64,000 bases of DNA from Candidatus Methylomirabilota bacterium (GCA_035605575.1 DASTCJ010000210.1:78750-142749); one strand, 5' to 3'; positions 18,006 through 27,746 are shown, counted from the first letter of the stretch. Program-made: numbers and translations. The notes: generated from the letters alone by a model not told the origin.

Positions 18006-19355
18006 TTACCCCCTCAGCGTCGGAAAGCCCGGCAGGCCCTTGAGCTTGCCGAGACGGCCTTCCACGTTCTTGAACTGCTTCATCATCTTGCGCAGCTGCG
18101 CGTATTGCTTGAGCAGCCGATTCACGTCTTGCACCGAGGTGCCGCTGCCGCGGGCAATGCGCTGACGACGCGAGCCGTTGATGACCTCGGGGTTTTTTCG
18201 CTCGCCCGGTGTCATCGACAGGATGATCGCGTCGAAGCGATCGAGATCGGCCTGCTCGCCATCCAGATCCTTGGGGGCCGCCTTCAGCGCCTTGCCGAAC
18301 GGCAGCATGCCGAGGATCTGGTCGAGCGGCCCGAGCTGCCGTACCTGGCGCAGCTGCTCGCGAAAGTCCTCGAGGCTGAAGCTGTCCTCGCGCAGCTTGC
18401 GAACCATCTCCTGCGCTTTTTCGGCGTCCACGGTCTGCTGCGCCTTTTCCACCAGCGACAGCACGTCGCCCATGCCGAGAATGCGTGAGGCCAGGCGGTC
18501 GGGGTGGAACGCCTCGAGCGCATCCGTCTTCTCGCCCGTGCCCACGAAGGCGATCGGACGACCGGTCACGTGGCGCACGGACAGCGCCGCGCCGCCCCGC
18601 GAGTCGCCGTCGAGCTTGGTCAGGATGACGGCGTCGATACCGACGGCGGCGTTGAACTTTTCAGCGACACCCACGGCGTCCTGACCGGTCATCGCATCGA
18701 CGACGAGAAGGATGTGGTGCGGCTTGACGTCCTGCTTGATGCGCTTGAGCTCGTCGATCATGGCGTCGTCGATGTGCAGCCGTCCCGCCGTATCGAGGAT
18801 CAGCGGGGTGAGGCCGCGCGCCGCGGCATCGTCGAGTGCCGCGCGACAGATCGCCACCGGATCGTCACCGGCGCTGCCCACGACCGGAACACTGAGCTGG
18901 GCGCCGAGCGTGCGCAGCTGCTCCTGCGCGGCCGGACGATACGTGTCGGCGGCGGCGAGCAGCGGGTGCTGACCTTGCTTGGCGTACATCCGCGCGAGCT
19001 TGGCGGCGGTGGTCGTCTTGCCCGAGCCCTGCAGGCCGATGAGCATCACGACCGTGGGTGGGTGCGAGGCGGCGGCCAGCCGATGGCCGCTCCCACCGAG
19101 CAGCTCGACCAGCTCGTCGTGGACGACCTTCACGACTTGCTGCGCGGGAGTCAGCGACTTGAGGACGTCCTGCCCGACGGCTTTCTCGCGCACGCGCTCG
19201 ACGAAGCCGCGCACGACCTTGAAGTTCACGTCGGCCTCCAGGAGGGCGACCCGCACCTCACGGAGGGCCTCCTGGATGTTCTCCTCGGTCAGGCGGCCGT
19301 GGCCCCCCAGCCGGTCGAAGATCGCGGTCAGTCGTGTGCTGAGCGAGTCGAACAT
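18006..19355 (-). CDS. ffh: Signal recognition particle protein Ffh
   Basis: [46 protein letters not shown]. Confidence 0.98.
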   Translation of the reverse strand: MFDSLSTRLTAIFDRLGGHGRLTEENIQEALREVRVALLEADVNFKVVRGFVERVREKAVGQDVLKSLTPAQQVVKVVHDELVELLGGSGHRLAAASHPPTVVMLIGLQGSGKTTTAAKLARMYAKQGQHPLLAAADTYRPAAQEQLRTLGAQLSVPVVGSAGDDPVAICRAALDDAAARGLTPLILDTAGRLHIDDAMIDELKRIKQDVKPHHILLVVDAMTGQDAVGVAEKFNAAVGIDAVILTKLDGDSRGGAALSVRHVTGRPIAFVGTGEKTDALEAFHPDRLASRILGMGDVLSLVEKAQQTVDAEKAQEMVRKLREDSFSLEDFREQLRQVRQLGPLDQILGMLPFGKALKAAPKDLDGEQADLDRFDAIILSMTPGERKNPEVINGSRRQRIARGSGTSVQDVNRLLKQYAQLRKMMKQFKNVEGRLGKLKGLPGFPTLRG

Positions 19356-19365
19356 GGAAAGACGA

Positions 19366-19394
19366 AGTGTACGCAACTACGCGGAAGATTTCAA
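19366..19394 (-). promoter_or_regulatory. Sigma-70 promoter for the ffh-rpsP operon (near-leaderless)
   Basis: TTGAAA-N17-TACACT, 10 nt before the ffh ATG, with no SD. Confidence 0.65.
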
Positions 19395-19410
19395 CGCGTG
19401 CGGGCGACGG

Positions 19411-19584
19411 CTACGTGCGGGAACGGCGCAGCGTGACGTGGAGCGGATGACGCGGTAGCAGCAACAGAAGGAAGCCGAAGGGCAGCAGCACGGAGGCGAC
19501 CGTGAGCCAGAACTGAAGTGACCGCCAGCACGTGCGCCAGTCGATGCGATCCAGGCCGAGCTGCCGGATCAAACGTCGCGCCAT
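19411..19584 (-). CDS. Small (57 aa) single-pass membrane protein of unknown function
   Basis: MARRLIRQLGLDRIDWRTCWRSLQFWLTVASVLLPFGFLLLLLPRH. Fills the intergenic gap and follows a sigma-54 motif. Confidence 0.55.
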   Translation of the reverse strand: MARRLIRQLGLDRIDWRTCWRSLQFWLTVASVLLPFGFLLLLLPRHPLHVTLRRSRT

Positions 19585-19597
19585 GCGAGACGTCGTT

Positions 19598-19613
19598 CGC
19601 AAGCCGGGTGCCA
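19598..19613 (-). promoter_or_regulatory. Sigma-54 (-24/-12) promoter
   Basis: TGGCACCCGGCTTGCG matches TGGCAC-N5-TTGC with exact GG/GC spacing. Confidence 0.7.
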
Positions 19614-19717
19614 GAGCGTCCGCTCGATAATCCAGCGACTTGCGGAGCGCGCGGCCGCGGACGGCCTATTCCTGAGCAGGCGCGGGTGACGCGCTCCTGA
19701 CCAGCGACCGACCGAGC

Positions 19718-20359
19718 TCACATGACGACGACGGTGTCGCCGACGGCGATGCGGCCGCCCTCGAGCACCGCGGAGTCGAGCGCCATGCGGCCGCCGAACT
19801 CCTGGGCGATCCGCCGCAAAACGCCGACGTCCTGCGCCTGCGTGTCCGGATCGTAGGTTGTCATCACGCAGCGCCCGCGCAGCTTGACGAGGTCGATCAG
19901 GACCTCGCCGATGCGCAGTCGGCGCCCGGGCCACTGTCGCTCGGCGAGACCCTCGACGCCGGCGACGACGATGTTCGGACGCAGCCGGCGTCCGTCGACG
20001 CCGAGCGCGCTGATGGCACCGTCGGTCCCGACCAGCAGCGGCAGCACGTCGAAGCGCTCCGGTCCGTCCCAGCGCACGAGGCGCGCGTCGTCACCGGCCG
20101 CGCGGCGCACGGCGGCGGCGGCCTCGGCCGCGTTCCAGGGATGGGCGTCGATGGAGGGCTCGCCGTCCGGCTCGAGGCGGCCATGCAGCGCAAGCAGGCG
20201 CGGATGCGTACGCGCGGTGACGACACGCCCACGTCCGTCCTCGACGTGCACGATACGGTCGCCGGCGATGCCGTCCCGCGTCACGAGCGCCTCGACCAGG
20301 CGCTCGCCCGCCATCGACTTGACCGGATAGCGCCAGAGCTCGGCGACGCGCAGGCCCAT
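19718..20359 (-). CDS. MOSC-domain protein (YcbX/mARC-like)
   Basis: LWRYPVKSM.GE, GI.GDR, RLRPNIVV, RC.MTT.DP, G.I.VGD.V. Confidence 0.88.
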   Translation of the reverse strand: MGLRVAELWRYPVKSMAGERLVEALVTRDGIAGDRIVHVEDGRGRVVTARTHPRLLALHGRLEPDGEPSIDAHPWNAAEAAAAVRRAAGDDARLVRWDGPERFDVLPLLVGTDGAISALGVDGRRLRPNIVVAGVEGLAERQWPGRRLRIGEVLIDLVKLRGRCVMTTYDPDTQAQDVGVLRRIAQEFGGRMALDSAVLEGGRIAVGDTVVVM

Positions 20360-20403
20360 CACCGTTGAGAGGGCAGCGCGCCGCCGCGCGATTCAGGCGG
20401 GCG

Positions 20404-21072
20404 TCAGGCGTCGGCAGCGGCGCGCATGCGCTTGATCACGTCGGCGGGATCGGCCGCCTCGAACACGGCGGAGCCGGCGACCAGTATCGACGCGCCATGC
20501 GCCGCGCACGGCTTCGCGTGCTCGACCTTCACGCCGCCATCGATCGAGACATCGACGCGACGGCCGCCCAGCAGCGTACGAATCTGCCGGATCTTCGGAT
20601 ACACGGCCGGAATGAAGCGCTGTCCGCCGAATCCGGGATTCACCGACATCACGAGCACGAGATCCAGGTCGTCGAGAACGTACTCGATGGTGTGTGGGTG
20701 CGTCGACGGATTGAGCGCGGCGCCGGCCCTGACGTCCACACCTTTGCGCGCGCCGAGCTCGCGAATCGACGCCAGTGTGCGCTGCAGGTGCGGACACGCC
20801 TCGACGTGCACGGTCAGCATGTCGGCGCCGGCGGCGACGAAGTCGCCGACATACTTCTCGGGCTCGACGATCATCAGATGCAGATCGAGCGGCAGCTTCG
20901 TCCGCTTGCGAATGGCCATGACGATCGGGAAACCCATGCTGATGTTCGGCACGAACCGACCGTCCATCACGTCGATGTGCAGCTGATCGGCGCCGGCCGC
21001 TTCGACCCGTGCGATCTCCTCGGCGAGAAGGCCGAAGTCCGCGGAGAGAATCGACGGCGCGATCTTGATCAC
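20404..21072 (-). CDS. rpe: Ribulose-phosphate 3-epimerase
   Basis: IAPSILSADF, H.DVMDG.FVPN, LVMSVNPGFGGQ.F, DGG, VAGSAVF. Confidence 0.97.
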   Translation of the reverse strand: MIKIAPSILSADFGLLAEEIARVEAAGADQLHIDVMDGRFVPNISMGFPIVMAIRKRTKLPLDLHLMIVEPEKYVGDFVAAGADMLTVHVEACPHLQRTLASIRELGARKGVDVRAGAALNPSTHPHTIEYVLDDLDLVLVMSVNPGFGGQRFIPAVYPKIRQIRTLLGGRRVDVSIDGGVKVEHAKPCAAHGASILVAGSAVFEAADPADVIKRMRAAADA

Positions 21073-21078
21073 GGCGCT

Positions 21079-21087
21079 GTTATATCA
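21079..21087 (-). promoter_or_regulatory. Putative extended -10 promoter for leaderless rpe
   Basis: TGATATAAC, then 6 nt to GTG. The TGA is also the rsmB stop codon. Confidence 0.5.
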
Positions 21088-22419
21088 CGCACGACGCAGC
21101 CGCACGGCGGTGAAGCCGTCGGTGTCGAGACGATCGGGCCGCAGGCGAAGGACGCCGCCGCTGTCGAGCGGCACGGGGAAGGCGGCCGGCGGATCGATAC
21201 GGAACTCGGGATGCGCGCCGAGAAACGCCTCGAGCACGGCTTCGTTCTCCTCGGGCTCGAGTGAGCACGTGGCATACACGAGGCGACCGCCCGGTTTCAC
21301 CATCGTGGCCGCGGCCGCGAGAATGTCGCGCTGGCGGTCCGCGACCGCCGGCAGATCCTCGGGTCGCCGCCGCCACTTGACCTCCGGGTTGCGCCGCAAC
21401 ACGCCGAGGTTCGAGCACGGCGCATCGACCAGCACCGCGTCGCAGGTCCCCGCGCGGGTGCGGGCGGTCTCCTGCGCCGTGGCGGCCAGCGTGTCGACGA
21501 TCGAGATGCCGAGTCTCTTCACCGCCTCCCGGACGCGCGCGAGTCGCTCGGGCTGAGGGTCGATGGCGAGAATCCGTCCGCGGTTCTCCATGAGCTGCGC
21601 CAGATGCGTCGTCTTCGTCCCCGGCGCCGCGCACGCATCGGCCACCGTCTCGCCGGGCGCCGGCTCGAGGAGACGGGCCACCAGCATCGAGGCCTCGTCC
21701 TGTGCCACGCAGGCGCCGTCGATGAAGGCGGGCCACGCGCCGGGCTCGCCACCGCGCGCGGCAATGAGGCCCTCCGGAGCGTGCGGGGTGGGCCGCGTCA
21801 CCACGTCGTTCTCGGCGGCCAGGCGCGCCGCGAGCGCCTCGCGCGTCAAGTGCAACGTGTTGACACGCAGGGTCACCGGCGGCCGCGCGTTCAGCGCTCG
21901 CATCAGCGCTTCCGCGTCGTGGACGCCGTAGCGCTCGAGCCAGCGGGCGGCGAGCCAGGTCGGGAACGAGGAGCGCGTCGCCAGCGCGTCGACGGGATCA
22001 CGCGGCAGCGAGCCCTCGGGCTCGGACGCGCCGCGGCGCGCGAACGAGCGCAGCACGGCGTTGGTGTACTGCGCGAGACCGGGCGTGCGGCCGCGCGCGA
22101 GCGTGACCGCGTCGTTCACCACGGCGAACACCGGCACGCGCTCGAGGAAGACGAGCTGGTAGGCGGCCATGCGCAGCGCCACGCGCACGCGCGGGTCGAG
22201 CCGGGCGGTCGGCCGCCGCGAGTGCGGAGCGAGCACCCAGTCCAGATAGCGCTGCCAGCGCAGCGTCCCGTAGACGATCTCGGTGGCGAGCGCGACGTCG
22301 CGCGGCGGGAGCGCGGCGCGCGTGACCTCGGCGGCGAGCGCGAGATCGGCCCACGCGTCGTCGGCTTCGACCCGCTCGAGCACGCGCGCAGCGACCGTGC
22401 GGGCGGGCGCGGCGCTCAC
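21085..22419 (-). CDS. rsmB: 16S rRNA m5C967 methyltransferase with N-terminal NusB-like domain
   Basis: TEIVYGTLRW, QDEAS.L, DACAAPG.KT, DAPCS.LG..RR.PE.KW, YATCS....ENE. GTG start at 22419. Confidence 0.95.
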   Translation of the reverse strand: MSAAPARTVAARVLERVEADDAWADLALAAEVTRAALPPRDVALATEIVYGTLRWQRYLDWVLAPHSRRPTARLDPRVRVALRMAAYQLVFLERVPVFAVVNDAVTLARGRTPGLAQYTNAVLRSFARRGASEPEGSLPRDPVDALATRSSFPTWLAARWLERYGVHDAEALMRALNARPPVTLRVNTLHLTREALAARLAAENDVVTRPTPHAPEGLIAARGGEPGAWPAFIDGACVAQDEASMLVARLLEPAPGETVADACAAPGTKTTHLAQLMENRGRILAIDPQPERLARVREAVKRLGISIVDTLAATAQETARTRAGTCDAVLVDAPCSNLGVLRRNPEVKWRRRPEDLPAVADRQRDILAAAATMVKPGGRLVYATCSLEPEENEAVLEAFLGAHPEFRIDPPAAFPVPLDSGGVLRLRPDRLDTDGFTAVRLRRA

Positions 22420-23333
22420 GTCGCGCTGAGGGTCTCGCCAGCCGCACGACGCGCGCCGTGCAGCCAGTCGACCCATCGCATCGTGCGGCGATTCTCGGGC
22501 TGGACTTCGACGGGTAGCACGAGGCCGTCGCCGGAGGCGACGGCCAGCGTGGAGTCGTGCGCGACCAGCGTGCCCGGTCGCCCCGCGCCGGGGACGGCGC
22601 GCGCCCGCCAGAGCGTGATCGCGCCGCCGGCCGTCGCCGTGGTGGCGCCCGGCCACGGGTTGCATCCGCGAACCAGATTGACGATGTCGCGCGCGCCCTT
22701 CGTCCAGTCGACGATGCCGTCCGTCTTCCGCAAGCGCGGGGCCAGCGTGGCGGCGGCGTGATCTTGTGGCCTGGGCGTGATCGAGCCGAGCCGGGCCAGC
22801 GTGTCGACGATGACGTCGGCGCCGAGCGGCGCGAGGCGAGCGAACACCTCACCCGCGGTCTCCTCGGCGCCGATCGGTGTCGAGCGCATCAGCAGGATGT
22901 CGCCGGTATCCATGCCGGCATCCATCTGGAACGTGGTGATGCCCGTCTCCGTCTCGCCGCGGATGATCGCCCACTGGATCGGCGCCGCGCCGCGATAGCG
23001 CGGGAGGAGGGACGCGTGGATGTTGATCGAGCCGCGCGCCGGCGCGTCGAGCACGGCCTTCGGCAGGATCTGCCCGAACGCCACCACGACGGCGACGTCG
23101 GCGCCGAGCGCCGCGAGCCGCTCTGCCCATTCCGGATCGCGCAGGCGCGCCGGCTGCAGCACCGGCAGCCCGGCCGCGAGCGCGGCCTCCTTGACGGGCG
23201 GCGGAGTCAGGCGCTGACCGCGATGCGCAGGCCGGTCCGGCTGGGTCACGACGGTCACGATCTGGTGGGCGCGGCGCAGGGCCTCGAGCGCGGGCAGCGC
23301 GAACGGCGGGGTCCCGTAGAAGAGGAGCTTCAG
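22416..23333 (-). CDS. fmt: Methionyl-tRNA formyltransferase (probable CTG start)
   Basis: KLLFYGTP.FA, VVTQPDRP..RG, VAFGQILP, INIHASLLP.YRGAAPIQ.AI, MD.G.DTGD. Confidence 0.95.
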   Translation of the reverse strand: MKLLFYGTPPFALPALEALRRAHQIVTVVTQPDRPAHRGQRLTPPPVKEAALAAGLPVLQPARLRDPEWAERLAALGADVAVVVAFGQILPKAVLDAPARGSINIHASLLPRYRGAAPIQWAIIRGETETGITTFQMDAGMDTGDILLMRSTPIGAEETAGEVFARLAPLGADVIVDTLARLGSITPRPQDHAAATLAPRLRKTDGIVDWTKGARDIVNLVRGCNPWPGATTATAGGAITLWRARAVPGAGRPGTLVAHDSTLAVASGDGLVLPVEVQPENRRTMRWVDWLHGARRAAGETLSAT

Positions 23334-23337
23334 CGCG

Positions 23338-23865
23338 TTACAGCGCGAATGCGTGGTGGGCGCCGGCTTCTTCGGCGAGCCCGTTCTTCTTGATGCGGCG
23401 CTTGATCTTGTCGCGCGCCACCGGATCCAGCCGGTCGATGAACAGCACGCCCTCGAGGTGATCCATCTCGTGCTGGAACACGCGGGCGCGCAGTCCGCGC
23501 GCGGTGATCGAGACGGGCCGGCCGCGCTCGTCCTGGGCGTCGAGCCGCACCCACTCCGCGCGTTTGATGGGCGCAAAGACGCCGGGGATGGACAGACAGC
23601 CTTCTTCGGCGACGATCTCGCCGCCCTGCTCGGCGATGACGGGATTGATCAGCGCGCGCGCCTCGCGCCCCTCGTCGTCACCGACGACCATCAGTCGGAG
23701 CGAGATGCCGACCTGCGGCGCCGCCAGACCAAGACCGACCTCGTCATACATCGTGTCGACCATGTCCGAGATGATTCGCTCGATCTCGGGCGTCACCCGC
23801 TCCACCGGCCTGGCGCGTCGACGCAATACCGGGTCACCGTATTTTCGAACGCTGAGAACCGCCAT
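23338..23865 (-). CDS. def: Peptide deformylase
   Basis: G.GLAAPQVG, EGCLS.P, QHEMDHL.G. SD GGAGGAG. Confidence 0.97.
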   Translation of the reverse strand: MAVLSVRKYGDPVLRRRARPVERVTPEIERIISDMVDTMYDEVGLGLAAPQVGISLRLMVVGDDEGREARALINPVIAEQGGEIVAEEGCLSIPGVFAPIKRAEWVRLDAQDERGRPVSITARGLRARVFQHEMDHLEGVLFIDRLDPVARDKIKRRIKKNGLAEEAGAHHAFAL

Positions 23866-23907
23866 GGGCCGGGATGCTCCTCCCCTCAGAAATCCGCGTA
23901 CTTACAC

Positions 23908-23916
23908 AGTCTACCA
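23908..23916 (-). promoter_or_regulatory. Putative extended -10 promoter for def-fmt-rsmB
   Basis: TGGTAGACT in the priA-def gap. Confidence 0.5.
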
Positions 23917-23951
23917 TGGCCCGGGATCGCCACCGGCGAGCGAGGGCTGCG

Positions 23952-25835
23952 CTACATCGACCATTCGACCGGATCCACCTCGACGTCGATCGCGCCCCCA
24001 CGTTTCGTCGGCGGCCGACGGAGGTCGGCGAGCGCGGCATCGAGCCGGACGGCGACGTCGTCGCGTCCCTTCACGACGATGCGCCGCAGCCGATCGCGTC
24101 GATCCGGGGCCGGCGCATAAGCCGTGAGCTCGCAGTCCGACGCGAGCGCGGCCGCGACGTCGTCCGTCAGCCGGCGGAGATCCATCGCGGCCTTGGCCGT
24201 AATGGTGATGATGGCGAGCCGGCGGAATGGCGGGTAGCCGAGCTCGGCGCGGAACTTCAGCTCGTGACGGTAGAACGCGGCGAGATCCTGGCGCAGCGCC
24301 GCGTCGAGCACATAATGACCCGGACTCTGCGACTGCACGATCAGCCCACCCTCGGGCCCCACGCGCTCGGCCGCGGCCCACAGCAGACCGAACAAGCGCT
24401 CGCCCGCACGGAAATCCGGCAAACGGAGCAGCTGGTCGGGCGCCACGAAGCCCGCGAGACCCAGCGTTGCGCGGCCAAACAGCCGCAGCGCGCCGCGCGT
24501 GCCGATCACCACCTGCGCCGCGGCCGCCGCCCGTCGCTGGGCGTCGCCGCGCGCGCCGCGTCGCGCCTCCGGGTCGTAGCGCGCGACGCGCGCGTCGGGA
24601 AACCGCCGGCGGACGGCGTGCTCCACCCGTTCGGCGCCCCAGCCGAACGGGGAGAGTCGCCTCCCGCGACACGACGGACACTGCTCCGGCGCCGGCTCCG
24701 CGCGGCCGCACACGCGACAGCTCGACGTCCGCGCCGCGCGGACGTAGGCGAGCGCGATCATGCACTCCGGACAGCGAACGACCTCGCCACATTCGTCGCA
24801 CGCAAGCGCGGACGTCAGCCGGCTGATCACGAGCAGCACGCGGCGGCCGGCCGCCAGCGTCTCGCGCATCGCGCGCGCGAGCGCCGGGGTGAGGGGCTCG
24901 CGGCGCAGGATGCCGCGCGTATCGGCCACCTGCGCCAGCGGCCACGGTCCGCGGTCGACGCCGTCACGCTCGGCGCGGCCGCCGTCGGTGCGCCACCACG
25001 TCTCGACGCTGGGAGTGGCCGAGGTGAGCATCACGCGCAGCCGCTCTCGTGACCCGCGCTCGACGACGATGTCGCGCGAATGCAGACGGGGCGGCCCCGG
25101 CGGCTTGTGCGCCGCCTCGTGCTCATCGACCAGGGCGAGGATCGCGCCTGTTGGCAGCGGAGCCAGCAGCGCCGAGCGCGTGCCGACGGCGAGCGAGACG
25201 GCACCGTCGCGCAGCGCCGCCCACGCACGCGCGCGCTCGGTGTCGTCGGCATCGGAGTCGAGCCGCACCACGGGTCCGCGCCGTGCCAGCCGCTGCGCCC
25301 ACCGCGCCGCCGCTTCAACGTCCGGCACGACGACGAGCGCCGGCCCGCTCCCGATCTCCTCGAGCAGCCGCGTCTCGCGTCCGGCGCCGATCAACAGCTC
25401 CGGTTTTCGAGGCGCGGGCAACGGCGCATTGACCGCGGGCACCGGACGTAGCCGGGAACTGTCCAAGACAGGCCACCCACGACGCGAGCCGTGCTCGCGC
25501 TCCGATACAACAGATACAACAGATGCCACAGGTACAACCGGCGGAAGCAGCGCCGCCAGCGTGCCGCCGAGCGACGACAGCGATTGCGTCGCGATCCACC
25601 GCGCGAGCTCGACACCGTCGTCGTCGAGCATGGGCGCGTCGTCGACGACCCGCAGCAGTGATCGGAGCCGCGTGTCGTCGACGCCGATCCGCACGCCCAC
25701 GACGACGCCCGTACGCTCGGCCCGGCCCAGGGGGGCGACTACGCGCTGTCCGACCGTGACCGAGCAGTCATCGGGGACGCGATACGAGAAGGGATGGGGC
25801 AGCGGCACGTCGAATGCGACGTCCGCGATGGTCAC
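23952..25835 (-). CDS. priA: Primosomal protein N-prime (PriA), helicase-motif-degenerate
   Basis: 3-prime-binding domain (F.Y.VP....VGQRV.APLG), VGTRSAL, SATPS.E, 8-Cys zinc module, G.G.ERV, RL.DFRAGER, R..LGYPPF. Canonical position between coaBC and def. Confidence 0.88.
   Translation of the reverse strand: MTIADVAFDVPLPHPFSYRVPDDCSVTVGQRVVAPLGRAERTGVVVGVRIGVDDTRLRSLLRVVDDAPMLDDDGVELARWIATQSLSSLGGTLAALLPPVVPVASVVSVVSEREHGSRRGWPVLDSSRLRPVPAVNAPLPAPRKPELLIGAGRETRLLEEIGSGPALVVVPDVEAAARWAQRLARRGPVVRLDSDADDTERARAWAALRDGAVSLAVGTRSALLAPLPTGAILALVDEHEAAHKPPGPPRLHSRDIVVERGSRERLRVMLTSATPSVETWWRTDGGRAERDGVDRGPWPLAQVADTRGILRREPLTPALARAMRETLAAGRRVLLVISRLTSALACDECGEVVRCPECMIALAYVRAARTSSCRVCGRAEPAPEQCPSCRGRRLSPFGWGAERVEHAVRRRFPDARVARYDPEARRGARGDAQRRAAAAAQVVIGTRGALRLFGRATLGLAGFVAPDQLLRLPDFRAGERLFGLLWAAAERVGPEGGLIVQSQSPGHYVLDAALRQDLAAFYRHELKFRAELGYPPFRRLAIITITAKAAMDLRRLTDDVAAALASDCELTAYAPAPDRRDRLRRIVVKGRDDVAVRLDAALADLRRPPTKRGGAIDVEVDPVEWSM
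25503..25538. repeat. Four imperfect 9-bp tandem repeats inside priA
   Basis: cgatacaac agatacaac agatgccac aggtacaac, encoding VVPVASVVSVVS on the minus strand. AT-richer than the flanks. Confidence 0.75.
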
Positions 25836-26521
25836 CGGGTTCTTCGCTGGTCGTACTCTCGCTTGGCGAGCTTCAGGTCGTCCCACGCCATGCGCTTGAA
25901 CTCCTGCCCGGGATTGCGCAGCAGGAACGCGGGATGAAACGTCGGAATGAGCACCGCATCGCCGTACGGATGGACACGCCCGCGCAGCTTGCCGATGGGT
26001 GCCGTCGTGTTCAACAGCGCTCGCGTGGCCACGCTCCCGAGAGACAGGATGACCTTTGGCCCGAGCGTCCCCAGCTGCTCGGCGAGAAACGGCGCGCACG
26101 CGGCAATCTCGTCGGGCTCTGGATTGCGATTGCCGGGCGGCCGACACTTGACCGTGTTGCAGATGTAGACGTCGTCGCGCGAGAGATCGACCGACGCCAG
26201 CATCCTGGTCAGGAGCTGCCCGGCGCGGCCGACGAACGGCAGCCCTTGCGCGTCCTCATCAGCGCCAGGCCCCTCGCCGATGCAGACGAACTCGGCCTGC
26301 GGATTGCCGGATCCGAAGACGAGATTCGTGCGCCCTTCGCAGAGCTTGCAGCGCCGGCAGCCCTGGAGCGCCTGCTCCTGCTCGCGCAGCGACGCGGCCG
26401 GCGTGGTCAAGTAATCGCCCTCGAGGGCCAGCGTCGACACGCCGAGGTCACGGTGAAAGCGCAGCGTTTGGGCCAGCGCGTCCAGCGCATCGGCCAGCGC
26501 CTCGCGCGGTGCGCCGTTCAG
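25832..26521 (-). CDS. Uracil-DNA glycosylase family 4 (Fe-S), start uncertain (CTG 26521 or GTG 26440)
   Basis: C.RC.L...RTNLVFG.G, GEGPG..ED..G.PFVGRAGQLL, NTVKCRPP.NR.P..DE...C, TFHPA.LLRNP. Confidence 0.93.
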   Translation of the reverse strand: MNGAPREALADALDALAQTLRFHRDLGVSTLALEGDYLTTPAASLREQEQALQGCRRCKLCEGRTNLVFGSGNPQAEFVCIGEGPGADEDAQGLPFVGRAGQLLTRMLASVDLSRDDVYICNTVKCRPPGNRNPEPDEIAACAPFLAEQLGTLGPKVILSLGSVATRALLNTTAPIGKLRGRVHPYGDAVLIPTFHPAFLLRNPGQEFKRMAWDDLKLAKREYDQRRTR

Positions 26522-27744
26522 CGGGATGCCTTGCCGACCGGCCGTCCGGCCGCGCCGCGGAGCCGCACGATCTCGGACAGAATCGCGTCGGCGACCGCGC
26601 CCTTCGACATCCGCGGCAGCGAGCGCGCGCCACCCCAGCGGTCGATCAGCAACACCTCGTTCTCATCGGCATCGAAGCCGATGCCGGCCTGGCTCACGTC
26701 GTTGGCGACGAGCAGGTCGATGCCTTTGGCCTCGAGCTTCACCCGCGCGTTGGCGGCGACGTCGTTCGTCTCGGCGGCGAAGCCGACGACGAACGCGCCG
26801 GTGCGGCCGGCGGCCACTTCGGCCAGGATGTCCGGATTGGGCGTGAGCTCGAGCGCCAGGTCGCGCTTGCCCTTGATCTTCGTTTCCGACGGCCGGCGCA
26901 CGCGGTAGTCCGCCACGGCCGCCGCCTTGACGACGATCGTCGTGCCAGGGAGGTGCCGTAGCACCGCCTCACGCATCTCCTCGGCCGTCTGCACTGGCAC
27001 GAACGTGGCCGCCGTCGGCGGCGCCAGCTGCGTCGGCCCAGAGATGAGGGTCACGTGGGCGCCACGCCGAAGCGCCGCCAGCGCCACCCCGTAGCCCATC
27101 TTGCCCGAGGACCGATTGGAGATGTAGCGCACCGGATCGATCGGCTCCCGTGTCGGTCCCGCCGTGATGAGGACCTTCTCGCCCGTCAAGTCCTGAGCGG
27201 GCGTGAGGGCCGCATACAGGGCTTCCATGATGGTCTCGATCTCCGGCAGACGGCCGCGCCCGGAAAGGCCGGACGCGAGCGCGCCGATCTCCGGTTCCAT
27301 GACGACGACGCCGCGACTTCGCAACGTGCCGACGTTCGTGACGACGGCCGGGTGCTCCCACATGCCGCCGTCCATGGCCGGTGCCATCAGCACGGGACAG
27401 CGGGCGGCGAGCAGCAGGGTGGTGAGGAAATCGTCCGCAATGCCGTGCGCCGCTTTCGCCAGCACGTTGGCGGTGGCGGGCGCGACGATGACCGCCGCTG
27501 CCCGCTCGGCGAGCGCGACGTGCTCGACCGCCTCGGGACTCTGCGGATCGAACAGGTCCATCAGCACGGGCCGCGACGACAGCGTGCGGAACGTCAACGG
27601 GCCGACAAAGTGCCGAGCGTGCTCGGACAGGCAGACGGTGACCCCGGCGCCGAGGGCGGTCAGCTCGCGGAGGAGCAAAACCGCCTTGTAGGCGGCGATC
27701 GACCCCGTCACGCCGAGGACGATCTCGCGTCCGTCGAGCCGCAT
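26518..27744 (-). CDS. coaBC: Bifunctional phosphopantothenoylcysteine decarboxylase/synthase
   Basis: GVTGSIAAYKA, APATAN.LAK.A.GIAD, TAGPTRE.IDPVR.ISN.SSGKMG, AAVAD, GFAAET, ANDVS. Confidence 0.97.
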   Translation of the reverse strand: MRLDGREIVLGVTGSIAAYKAVLLLRELTALGAGVTVCLSEHARHFVGPLTFRTLSSRPVLMDLFDPQSPEAVEHVALAERAAAVIVAPATANVLAKAAHGIADDFLTTLLLAARCPVLMAPAMDGGMWEHPAVVTNVGTLRSRGVVVMEPEIGALASGLSGRGRLPEIETIMEALYAALTPAQDLTGEKVLITAGPTREPIDPVRYISNRSSGKMGYGVALAALRRGAHVTLISGPTQLAPPTAATFVPVQTAEEMREAVLRHLPGTTIVVKAAAVADYRVRRPSETKIKGKRDLALELTPNPDILAEVAAGRTGAFVVGFAAETNDVAANARVKLEAKGIDLLVANDVSQAGIGFDADENEVLLIDRWGGARSLPRMSKGAVADAILSEIVRLRGAAGRPVGKASR

Positions 27745-27746
27745 CC

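Noticed and set aside
19440-19500. Possible SRP RNA (ffs) next to ffh, suggested by AGAAGGAAGCC...GCAGC
   Set aside because: It lacks the CAGG...GGAA...AGCAG helix-8 pairing and is explained as the reverse complement of the LLPFGFLLLLL codons.
23862-23930. Near-direct repeat ccatgg(g/c)ccgggat flanking the def promoter
   Set aside because: Only two short GC-rich imperfect copies, compatible with chance.
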